From Octopus vulgaris (taxonomy: Eukaryota): a DNA stretch of 64,000 nucleotides. Positions 26,850 through 38,080 of this stretch are shown here, piece after piece. The DNA lies in assembly GCA_951406725.2 (NCBI GenBank), contig OX597817.1:148800001-148864000 (forward strand), given 5' to 3'. The notes under the pieces were generated by a model, which ran no database searches, was not told the origin of the DNA, and was given only the letters and a program-made list of their open reading frames with translations. Position numbers and translations under genes: made by a program. Position 1 is the first letter of the stretch, and each line of letters starts with the position of its first letter.

Positions 26850-27860
26850 TTAAATACGTGTTAAAGAATTTTCCTTGTCTACATTGTACATCTGTGCAGA
26901 TGATCCCAAACTCCAGAAAGTCATACACGGCATCGGAGACAGAACATACCTTCAGTCAGATCTGTTTGCTATTTTGCAATGGGCAGAAAGAAAAAAAAAC
27001 AATATGCTTCTAAATGAAGATAAGTTTGATTTGATCCACTTTGGAAAATAGGAAACTCTGAAATTACGAAATTTCGATTTGCTCTTCCCGCGGGCAGCTT
27101 CCATACTGTCATCCAACAAGACCAGAGAACTTGGAGTAATTGAAGATAACAAGCTAAGCTGAGTTTCCCACGTAAACAGCAAAACTGACTTGGCCCGCAA
27201 GATGTGCTCCTGGATTCTATTCTTAGAACTTTCCGGTTTAGAGATGCCTACATCATCATCCTTCTCTGCTCTATTTTTGCCCGACCCCACCTTGAATACT
27301 GTTGTCCACTGTGGCCACCAATACGAAGCAGCTCATTATGAAAGTTGAAGCATTCTAGAGGTCAATAACAAGAAAGATAGACGGCATGAGAGGCATTGAC
27401 TATTGAGGTCGACTAAAAAAGACAAGTTCTACTCTCTCCAACGCTGCCGGGAATGCTACATTGTTTGTGTGATGTAGAAAATATTCCATCGATATTGCAC
27501 AAATGCTGTTGGTATCAATTTTAAAATCCATCCAGTCATTGGCCCCCGTGCTATCCGCCCACTACAAAAGTCAAACTCGTGACACATAGCAACATTACGT
27601 CACAATTACCGGTCAAGCTTTCTTTAATACCATACCGAAATACGTCAAAACGAGAACGGATCCCATATAATCTAAATGTTCACTGGTCAAATTTCTTAAA
27701 AAAATACCGGACCAATCTCCTACACCCGGATATGTCTCCAGCAATAACTTTGCTAGAGTGAGCCATGGTGCCCAATATATGACTAAAAGACTTCACCAGG
27801 TGGTGCTATTGAGTTAGACATGGCCTGGACCGAAACCTATGAAAGTTATCAAAGTTATTC
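26850..27860 (+). mobile_element. CR1-group LINE 3' fragment, decayed
   Basis: ICADDPKLQKVI..LQSDLFAILQWAE..NMLLNEDKF, ELGVIEDNKLS, ARKMCSWIL, RPHLEYCCPLWPP. Ends in tandem aaagttat repeats. Confidence 0.85.
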
Positions 27861-27926
27861 TTCTCATCATTTGTGTGTGTGTGTATATACATACACACAC
27901 ATATATATATATGTATATACATACAA

Positions 27927-27975
<49 letters not shown>

Positions 27976-28592
27976 ATTCTTTCACACAGTTTGGTTGACT
28001 CAAATATACGAAGCTTTTATTTGTTAGATATATCTCATTCAAAGTCTGATTTCTCAAGTGAAAATTTTAAAACTTCAGCCAAGATTTAATGTTTTGGTTT
28101 ACAGATGATAACTCTCTATATCTCATTCTCAGATGAGATTGTAACATCGAGAAACTATAATGTAAAAGTGTTTTGAAGCTACACTGGGCTTTCCTTTAAT
28201 ATTTAACCTTAGTCAAATCGCTGACATTTATTTTGCTCTCGATGAGGTTATTGGATTCTGCCCACTGGTGCAATATACGTATTAAGATATAACATTAACA
28301 AGTTTCAATAAAAGTACGATGTTTATTATATATCATTTTCTATATTAATGAGAATTTATTAGAATACCAATCACATGATGGGAGAGTCGTATGAAGCAAT
28401 TAGCCTCACACAAAATCTGATAGATTTACTTTTGTTTATTCTAAAGTGACCAAAGGTTTCACAGAGCGAAAGTGTATTTAATACAAACACTCACACACGC
28501 GCACTTGCAACACACACACTCTCACACACACACACACACATATATACACACATATACATATATATATATATACATACACACATTCATGTATT

Positions 28593-28628
<36 letters not shown>

Positions 28629-28670
28629 ACGCGTGCACACGCTCCTATATATATATATATATATAAACCA

Positions 28671-28704
<34 letters not shown>

Positions 28705-29349
28705 TGTATATATGTATACGTACATACACAAGCATAGACACACTCCTATATAAATCTATATGTATATATCATTGTATCAAGCAGACTATATATTAATTGG
28801 TAACATGACTTATATACCCTATTACCATAGTTTATCACATGATATCAGATCAAGCCACTCGCAAAGCAAATCCAACACCAAAATTGAAATACCAGTTCTG
28901 TATTAATTCTATTTGACTATAATAACCTTTCTGCAGTAAAGCCAAATTTCGCTGTTTACTTCAGCTGTACAATTTATAAGGAAAACCGTTCGCTATTACT
29001 AATATAGTTTATAACAATAATATTCCGGTATTAATAATACTTTATTTATACCAATTACAGGTCAGTACCGAACAGTAATTTAATAGCAGTCCACTTCAAT
29101 AGTAAGTAATAACAAGTTCAGAAACACCATTCATTAGTAATTCAGATTTTCCAACCATAATAACATACTATTGCCTTTTTTTATTTAATCACATATGATG
29201 ATAGTAATATTCCTACAGACACTAATAACATATAATATCACCTCACAACGCTGTACTAATATATAGTTTTTCAGAATTATAGTTCAAAATTGATGCGTTA
29301 TGAACAATTTTATAACTAAAACAGTGTAGCTACATCGACCAACCCCGTT

Positions 29350-29415
<66 letters not shown>

Positions 29416-29803
29416 CGCTCTTCCTCTGTTCCCTCCTCTCTCTCTCGCACGCGCTTTCACTTTTACTTTCACTTTCAATCTCTCTCCGCAATCAAGGATA
29501 TTACGATAGCTTCAAACTCTGTATGCAACACACTACATAAACTTTTATCTATAGAACAACAGATTGAATGCTTTCAATCCTTCAATACCAATGATTCTCT
29601 TTCTCCTTATAACTTTATGGTACTTCAGATTAGACAGAATTGGAATTCTTTGAAATACATTTTTTTTTTCAAATCAAGAAAGACTGCAAACAGGTGACCC
29701 AATATATTAACCAATAAAATATACTATATATATTACTGTTAAATTACTTCATCATCATCCCCATGGTTGTGAGCCTGACGTTCTAAGCAATGAGACATAC
29801 GCC

Positions 29804-29835
<32 letters not shown>

Positions 29836-30240
29836 CTCTTTTACTCTTTTATTTGTTTCAGTCATTTGACTGCGGCCATGCTGGAGCACTGCCTTTAACC
29901 GAGCAACTCGACCCCGGGACTTATTGTTTGTAAGCCCAGTACTTATTCTATCGGCCTCTTTTGCCGAACCGCTAAGGGACGGGGACGTAAACACACCAAC
30001 ATTGGTTGTCAAGCAATGCTAGGGGGACAAACACAGACACATACATACACGCACACACATATATATATACATATATACGACGGCTTCTTTCAGTTTCCGT
30101 CTACCAAATCCACTCACAAGGCTTTGGTCGGCTCGAGGCTATAGTAGAAGACACTTGCCCAAGATGTCACGCAGTGGGACTGAACCCGGAACTATGTGGT
30201 TGGTAAACAAGCTACTTACCACACAGCCACTCCTGCGCCT
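29836..30240 (-). mobile_element. SINE family 2, near intact
   Basis: Complete reverse-complement copy from ctcttttactc to cactcctgcgcct. Confidence 0.92.
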
Positions 30241-30406
30241 ATATATGTATATATATATATGCATATACATATACATATATATAAATATTTAAAGGTGCAG
30301 TAGTTACATGTGAAAATATGTTTTAACCTAATAATCAGGCGCCATCCCTGCACATATGTCAGTGTGTGCGCGTGCGCGCGCGCGTGTGTGCTTGCATAAT
30401 TATAAT

Positions 30407-30638
30407 TATAATTTAGGGTATCTAAGAGATACCTTCATGCTGGAAATAGCAGCCCCAACTTGACTCTAAAACCATATTAAATGTTCATACAGAGCCAGGA
30501 GAGAAGATAAAAGGACAAGATGAACTTGCAAAAAATTACTCGATAATTCCAGATCCCGGATTTCTGACTTTGCAAAATAAGGCTTTGCCTCATCAGTGGA
30601 ATATACACAGAGGTATCTCTTAGATACTCTAAATTATA
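30407..30638 (-). mobile_element. Inverted-repeat-bounded non-autonomous element containing an HHR motif
   Basis: 28-bp inverted repeats at 30407-30434 and 30611-30638 (1 mismatch) enclose the HHR. Confidence 0.6.
30546..30602 (-). ncRNA. Type I hammerhead ribozyme motif
   Basis: attcca-CTGATGA-ggcaaagccttattttgcaaagtca-GAAA-tccggga-TC-tggaat: perfect 6-bp stem I, short stem III, AUC cleavage triplet. Stem II is irregular. Confidence 0.65.
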
Positions 30639-30762
30639 GTTTTAATAATAATTATCACTTTTGAATGATTTTCTCCCATGCTGGCCACTTGATCAGATCG
30701 ATAATTAAATTTACGATCGTATCCTTATTTATATATACATAAACACACACACACACACACAC

Positions 30763-30796
<34 letters not shown>

Positions 30797-31779
30797 ATGC
30801 ATAGAAAAAATACTTAAGTCTGATATAATAAGGTTACAATTTGGGAATATTCTAATTCACTGCAAACAACATTTAGCATTGTCTTGGAGGAGGCTTATTG
30901 ATGCACGCACGTGGTATTAAATTGTATTTAAAGGGGCAGTAGCTTCATGTTGTGAAAACATGTTTCAACCTAATAATCAGGCGCCATCCCTATAAATAAA
31001 TGCAAGAAAAGCCTATATACTTTGTAAGTATATATCTCCCCATAGACACCTCCGCCACTTTTGGTAGCGGAATATTCCATCGGACATAAATCGATTTGAT
31101 TATAAAGAGATGGCGTTTCAGGCATTTAGTTTTATGGTAGATAAGTATGACCATTATAGTGAAGAAGTGTGTATTTCCTTAAACTGTTTTATCAGGCAAT
31201 GAATAGCATTATATGAGGGTATTGATGGAATCTGTACCACGTTAATTATTCCGGGAGAGAGTTCAGGTCATACATCCTAGAAAGAGCCTATCGTAAGATT
31301 CTAGACAAGTATTTAGCTCTTCTTGCTTTTGTGTTCATATGTTCCTATGTTTTCTTCTTTTCCATCATTAGATTTATAATTGGAATCACTGTTATTGTCA
31401 GTTCATTGCCTTTATCCTCTGAAATACAATAGCAGTTAAGACAGCTTGCAATTGCTATTTCTACTCATCGACATCAATGGGATAACTAATATCGTATCGT
31501 ATCGTACGTACGCTAAGCAGAACTGGCGATAGGTTTTTGTACCACAGCCATAAGACACACTTCATTCTTTATTCAGATGGAATGCAGAATCAAAGCAGCA
31601 CCAGCATGGATATAGCAGTCTGGAATCTAGATGGACATCGATTAAGAAAGCCACTACAAATAACAGTCACGGACAGCTAAAGCACCGACATTAATACACG
31701 TTTATAACAACAAAAGCAACGGGAATTTCAACAACAAAAACATATACAACAATAATATCATCTATCATATCATCATCAT

Positions 31780-31812
31780 TAGTAGTAGTAGGAGTAGTAG
31801 TGGGAGTTGTAA

Positions 31813-31857
<45 letters not shown>

Positions 31858-31949
31858 CAGCAGCAGCAGCAGTAGCAGCAGTAGCAGCAGTGGTAGTGGT
31901 GGTAGTAGTAGTAGTAGTAGCAGCAGCAGCAGTAGCAGCAGTGGTAGTG

Positions 31950-31981
<32 letters not shown>

Positions 31982-32270
31982 GGTAGTAGTAGTAGTAGTA
32001 GTAGTAGTAGTAAAAATAACAATGAAATTAAAAGGAAATAAGAAGAAGAAGAGAAGGGGAAGAGGAGGGGGAGGAATGTGGTGGCGGAGGAGGAGGAGAA
32101 GTAAAGATGAACAAGAACAAGAAGAAAGAACGAACAAACAAATGAATGAAGGAAGGAAGGAAGGAAGAAAGGAACGAACGAATGAAGAAAGGAACGAAGG
32201 AACGAAGAAAGGAAGGAACGAACGAAGCAAGGAAGGAAGGAAGGAAGGAGGGAAAGAAGGAATTCACATA
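31780..32270. repeat. (TAG/CAG)n followed by (GAAG/GAAC)n low-complexity tract
   Basis: Direct reading; accounts for the poly-V/T/L ORFs. Confidence 0.9.
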
Positions 32271-32507
32271 AGACATAAGGTCAGTAATTGTGTGGAAAAG
32301 TATTAGCGATAGCAATAATTATTTCTGCAGGTGCAAGGCTTGGAAATTGCGTGTAAGAGGGTGGGACTGGTCAAAGAGACCCATGCAATGCAGGGTACTC
32401 GCAACCCATGGGTAACATCCAGTACTGAGTTCAAATAAAAGCAAGGGTGAAACACACGTAGGGACTAAATATTTTTGCTGCTCTTTATCCTAACTTCCAC
32501 AACCTAT

Positions 32508-32675
32508 GCGTAGGAGTGACTATGTCATAAGTAGCTTCCTTACCAACCACATGGTTCCGGGTTCAGTACCACTGCGTGGCACATTGGGCAAATGTCTTCT
32601 ACTATAGTCTCGGGCCGACCAAAGCCTTGTGAGTGGATTTGATAGATGGGAAACTGAAAGAAGCCCGTCGCATGT

Positions 32676-32716
<41 letters not shown>

Positions 32717-32953
32717 CGTGTGTGTGTGTATATGCTTGTGTGTCTGTGTTTGTCCCCCCACCAACATCGCTTGACAACCGATGCTGGTATGTTTACGTCC
32801 CTGTAACTTAGCGGTTCGGCACAAGAGACCGATAGAATAAGTACTAGGCTTACCAAGAGTACGTCCTGGGGCCGATTTACAAAGAATAAGTCCTGGGATC
32901 GAAAGGCGGTGCTCCAGCATGGCCACTGAAACAGGTAAAAGAGTAAAAGAGAG
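32508..32953 (+). mobile_element. SINE family 2
   Basis: Head, CORE-like block, internal microsatellite, 3' body with an internal duplication. Confidence 0.9.
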
Positions 32954-33144
32954 TGGCCTATGCTCTGTAGATCATAACTAGTAACACTGCTTATAATAAT
33001 TGTCGTCTAACCACTATTACTAGAAGCTAACCGGATAATGATAATTTAAGTGGACTTCTAACTCATACGGTAATACTCGTACATCAAACTCTACACACAT
33101 GATATATTTCTGTATCTGTGTCTGTATTTCCTACCAATCAGTTG

Positions 33145-33456
33145 GTGGAGGCACATGGTCGAGTGGGTAGGGCAGCGAACTCGCCGTCGAGGGATCGCGG
33201 GTTCAAATCTGATTCCGGGTGATATGTGTGTGTATGAGCGAATCACCTAAGCTGCACGCTGCTCCGGCAGAAGGTAATGGCGAACCTCTGCTGACTCTTT
33301 CGGCACAACTATCTCTCACTCTTTCCTCCTGCATCTTGCAGCTCACCTGCGACGGACCGGCATTCCATGCCGGTGGGAAACCTATACGCCAAGGAAACCG
33401 GGAAACGGGTCCTTATGAGCCAGGCATGGCTCGAGAAGGAACAAACAAAAACAAAA
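33145..33456 (+). mobile_element. tRNA-Arg-like SINE family 3 with 10-bp TSD
   Basis: gtggaggcacatggtcgagtggg..gggttcaaatc head; cctgcgacggaccggcattcca block; (aaac)n tail; TSD caatcagttg (33135-33144, 33457-33466). Confidence 0.88.
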
Positions 33457-34106
33457 CAATCAGTTGACCACCGGCGGTGGGGTGTTTACATCACTTTAAC
33501 TTTGCAGTAGGACAAAAAAGGATAGAATAAGTACCAGATTTTAAAGTAATTTCTGCGATCGATTTCGATTTTCTCGATTAAAATCGTCAAGGCTGTGCCC
33601 CACGATCGCCGCAGACTGATCGAAACAAGTAAAAACAAATTAAAGTTGCCATGAAACAACATTATATGTTAATTAATATTCTATCAAGCAAAAATATCTA
33701 GAATAAGTACTAGGCTTACCAAGAATGCATCCTGGGGCCGATTTACAAAGAATAAGTCCTGGGATCGAAAGGCGGTGCTCCAGCATGGCCACTGAAACAG
33801 GTAAAAGATATATTTATAAGGCCAGGGAGATATATTGTTGTGACTTGCATCATTTTCCGAGATAAGTATAAATGTAGCTTTTACCTTTTACTTGTTTCAG
33901 GCCTTTGACTGCGGCTATGCTTGAGCATTCCCTAGAAGAAGTTCTTTTCGGTCGAATAAATGAACACAAGCACTATATTTTTCAAGCTTGGTACTTGGTC
34001 TTTTTGCCGAACCGCTATGTTACCGGGACGTAAACAATCCAACTACAGCTGACAAGGTGGAGGGCAAACAGACACAAACACACACACACATACGTACACA
34101 AATACT

Positions 34107-34145
<39 letters not shown>

Positions 34146-34151
<6 letters not shown>

Positions 34152-34434
34152 ATCACGTGACCGACCAGTCCATCAGATGTAGTTACACATCGCTGGTCAC
34201 AATGCGTTCGCATTGTTTTAGCCTTCAATTGACGCCACCCCGCTGGCTAAGCGAGCAGGCCAACAGAAGAAAGAGTGAAAGAAAGTGTGGTGAAAGAGTA
34301 CAGCAGGGATCACCACTCCCTGCCGGAGCCTCGTGTTTTCGCTCAATAAACACTCACAACGCCCGGTCTGGGAATCGGAACCGCGATCCTACGACCGCGA
34401 GTCCGCTGCCCCAACCACTGGGCCATTGCGCCTC

Positions 34435-34437
<3 letters not shown>
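34146..34437 (-). mobile_element. tRNA-Arg-like SINE family 4 (family 3 head, different 3' body)
   Basis: Reverse complement gtggaggcgcaatggcccagtggttggggcagcggactcgcggtcg...; 3' end cacgtgatcacgtga abuts (TA)n. Partial copy at 58628-58740. Confidence 0.85.
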
Positions 34438-34486
<49 letters not shown>

Positions 34487-34527
34487 CGTGTTCTCTCGGT
34501 ATTTTTTGTTGGGGGATTAATTATATA

Positions 34528-35058
34528 TACGTGGTCTGATCAATAGGTATACGAAACTACAACACACAGAGTTAAATCGCTCGGCACAGATTGACCTTGA
34601 CCACTGGTCGGCTGATTTTGTGCAGCAGAAACCAGAGTGTCTTTTTGGTCAGCTGAAAGCACTTTGGGCACAAATTTGGCAGATACGCGTCTCATACCCA
34701 AACTTTCAATGATAATGGGCAGATCTGAACTGTAACTAATCTACACATCGAATGGGTGATTCGACGACTCCTCCTCAGAGCTGCACGCACATCTGTTTGA
34801 CTCATACACTTCTCTCTATACACTTCTGCAAATTTGCGCAGACCTTTGAGCAGCTTTCGCCACGACATCTTTCTCTGTCATGGGCAATGCGACGATGACA
34901 CACTACACACGTTCCTTCCAATCACTGCTGTAAACAGCAGAAATGAGCTAGAACGTTAAAACTTACAGCTCATGCACAGGAGAGATCAAAGTCAATACCT
35001 TCCAAGCGGCTTTACTCTGCGTGCTTCAGCTTGGTTACTATGGCAACAGTCCGGATAC
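34528..35058 (-). mobile_element. Internally deleted mariner-like element
   Basis: Minus strand encodes LGMRRVSAKFVPKVLSADQK (mariner WVPHEL-region homolog). TIR-like ends tacgtggtctgatcaata and ggcaacagtccggatac. Confidence 0.7.
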
Positions 35059-35998
35059 CGTTTCACTTCACTTGGGCTTCTTTCACTTATGAGGGGATTT
35101 CGACTAAATCCCCTCACAAAGCTTTAGTCGGTCTGAATCAGTAGTAGAAGACACTTTCCCAAATTGCCAAAGAGTGGGACTGAACCGGTACCATGTGGTT
35201 GGTAGGTAGGATTCTTATCACACAGCTACGCCAACGACTAAAGAAATTAAAATTATTTCTGCTGAAAATACTCAACAATGATTGTCATATATCCAAAATT
35301 TTGTCTATCATGATAATAATGGAAGTAGCTATATGAAATTTCTATTTGATGAGCTAAAATTTACAGAGTAGAAAGATAAATTTTATAGCGTTTATAGCAT
35401 AATTTTATCAGCTTTCAATAATGAAAGTAACACAATCTCATACGAACTAACGTAGAAATCCCTTCGTAACCGCTTGTCCTCTTACTTGTAGGAGAAAAAA
35501 TACCCTGCAAATCATATTCTACGTCTTAAAAGGAGAGACTTGAGAAAATAAGACAAACGAAACAAAACAAGATAGTTACGGCGGCAACGCAGTCTAATTT
35601 CTCTATCTCCAAATCTCTGACGTTCTACCTAAATAAAATCCAATCAATATCGAAGATATTGATGATCGCTGTAGAATAAATGCAATCACTTAAAATGCTG
35701 TCCTACAACTAGTCTCAATTTCCAATAGAAGCTAATTAACTGGTCTTAGGCTGCTAATTTAGTTGAACAATGAATGTACGTCACAACTCACTATAAAGCC
35801 AAAGATAAAGGATCGTTAATCTTGTTTAAAATCCACAATATTATCGTGGATGTTATGATAAATAGCCACAATCTTTTATATATACTGGAGATGAAGAAAT
35901 CAATGAGAATAACTGACAATATATTTTATGGCCAGAAGCTAAGGAAAATGTTAACGCGCCTGGAAAATTGCTTGGCGGCATGTTTTCTATCTTTACGT

Positions 35999-36032
<34 letters not shown>

Positions 36033-36035
<3 letters not shown>

Positions 36036-36930
36036 AAAATTTTGGAATTTTGGGATAAGAACTTTTATCTGTTGGGGTTGGTTTCCGATACTAAGACAGA
36101 GTTTTTATTGTTGCGATAGTTGAAAAAATTGTTGCTGGCTTTGGCCACGATACTATTCATCTTATTATTATTACTATTAGTTATAATATCGTCGGCAAAT
36201 TCCCTGGCTATAGGAATGCTGCCATTGTTATCATCAATAATATAACTGTTATTAAGAATGCTGGTACTATTACCACTAACACCACCACTGTTAATAATCT
36301 GGCTAATGTTATTATCATTATTACTATTGCTAACGCTAATGCTGCTATGAATGTTGCTAATATCCATACTACTTCTATTATTATTATTATTGTATGTTAT
36401 GTTGGAATGGGTAAGGGCGGTGTCGCTACTCATGGGTGGAGAGACCCTATTTAGCAGCTTATTATTATGGGAAGCTATTATCTGCGAAAGATTTTTAGTA
36501 TTTGAGAATGCTATTCTTACTTTATGCGAATTTATAGTGGAGTAGTATCTAGAATTCCTAGGAAAATTCTTAGTAACGGCTTCATGGAATTCTAAAGGGA
36601 GATTAGACCTGATTTGTCTCCCGAAAGGAATCACAAACCAGATATAGTTTTTTTTTGTTCTTGGAATGGCTGAGAGTGTTGACATTTACATTAAAGGGTA
36701 TATTTCTGTGTTGTAGAATGGGTTTAGGTTTACGCTGGCCTCCCCTGGTCCGTAAGTTATTATTGTAAAATATATTTGTGTCGACGTTGCTAGAGCTGAA
36801 ATCACTATTTATGTTATTTATATTATTATTAGAAGTTATCTTATCTTGATGGGCAGATATTAGTTTAGGATGGGTCGGATCGATATATGATACCTTATCC
36901 CTATAACCGGCCTTTGACAATTGGATAAAT
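36033..36930 (-). mobile_element. Penelope-like element fragment (RT thumb/linker), Asn-rich
   Basis: YIWFVIPFGRQIRSNLPLEFHEAVTKNFP...KVRIAFSNTKNLSQIIASHNNKLL parallels the IIWYNAPF...HFP...KVNCSCLHNIA region at 18870-19040. Abuts (TA)n. Confidence 0.7.
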
Positions 36931-37129
36931 CGAGCCACCGTCATCAGGGTAGAAAAGGTCTTACATTTCAGATCATAATTTCTGTCGTTTGTCCTTCGTG
37001 TAAGTTGGGTCTATTTAATATAAATATCTATATATTTATACGTAAATATTCATGTCGGAAGGTCTCCACTTTTTGTTTTTACCGTTTTGCGTGTAAACGT
37101 AAATACATAATTTCTATTTTATATGCCTA

Positions 37130-37785
37130 TAAGCGCAGGAGCGTGTGTGTGGTATGTAGCTTGCTTAAAAACCACATGGTTCCGGGTTCAGTCCCACAGG
37201 ATGGTACCTTGGGCAAGTGTCTTCTACTATAGCCTCGGGCCGAGCAAAGCCTTGTGAGTGAATTTGGTAGACAGAATCTGAAAGAAGCTTTTCATATAGA
37301 GGCTGTCCCAGAAGTCGCGCACCATTCTGGTTTTCATTTAAAATAATTAAAGCATTTTATTTTATTATAATTTTTTCTGCATCTAATATTGTAGAGAGTG
37401 CTCAATTTGAGCATTTGTAACGATTAATTTCAATAAAGTGTTTTTGAAATTGATAAGGATGTATTCTTTTAAAAAACCACGGTGATGCGCAACTTCTGGG
37501 ACGCTCTGTATATGTATATATATATATGTGAGTGCGTGTGTGCGCGCGTGTGTGCGCGTGTGTGTGTACGCATATGTTTGTGTGTCTCTGGTTGCCCCCC
37601 CCCCCCCAATATAACTTGACAACCGATGCTGGGGTGTTTACGTCCCATAACTTAGCTGTTCCACAAAAGTGTCCGATAGAATAAGTAATAGGCTTACAAG
37701 GAATATATACAACGGTCGATTTGCTCGACTAAGTGCGGTGCTCCGGCATGGCCCCAATCAAATGACTGAAACAAATAAAAGAATA
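37130..37785 (+). mobile_element. SINE family 2 interrupted by a MITE
   Basis: Head 37130-37290, 3' body 37575-37785. Confidence 0.88.
37297..37508. mobile_element. Tc1/mariner-type MITE
   Basis: TIRs ...gtcccagaagtcgcgcacca and ggtgatgcgcaacttctgggacgctctg, TA at both ends. Confidence 0.75.
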
Positions 37786-38016
37786 TATACATATTTGATA
37801 TTTGATATTTCATACCCAAACTTTTACACATAATATATCTAATTTGTTTATCCGTATAATTTCTCTCCGTATCTGTTCAACTTGATCTCCTCTCTCATAG
37901 CCATTCCTTACCCCGTTGAATTGATCTCCTGTAAAGACATCGGAGCCTACCTTTGAATCATTTGAGCATTACAAAGATTTTTCTATACCGAAAATTTCTT
38001 GATCTCATTTGTTGAC

Positions 38017-38080
<64 letters not shown>

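Larger units (their letters stand above)
33880..35240 (-). mobile_element. SINE family 2 split by nested insertions
   Basis: 3' body at 33880-34090 and head at ~35075-35240, separated by a family 4 SINE and a mariner remnant. Confidence 0.7.

Noticed and set aside
33145-33220. tRNA-like heads of SINE families 1-4 as tRNA genes
   Set aside because: Acceptor stems do not close, and the heads run into SINE bodies with TSDs.
36925-36950. CTGATGA on the minus strand as a hammerhead
   Set aside because: No GAAA, stem III or stem I partner at the required spacing.
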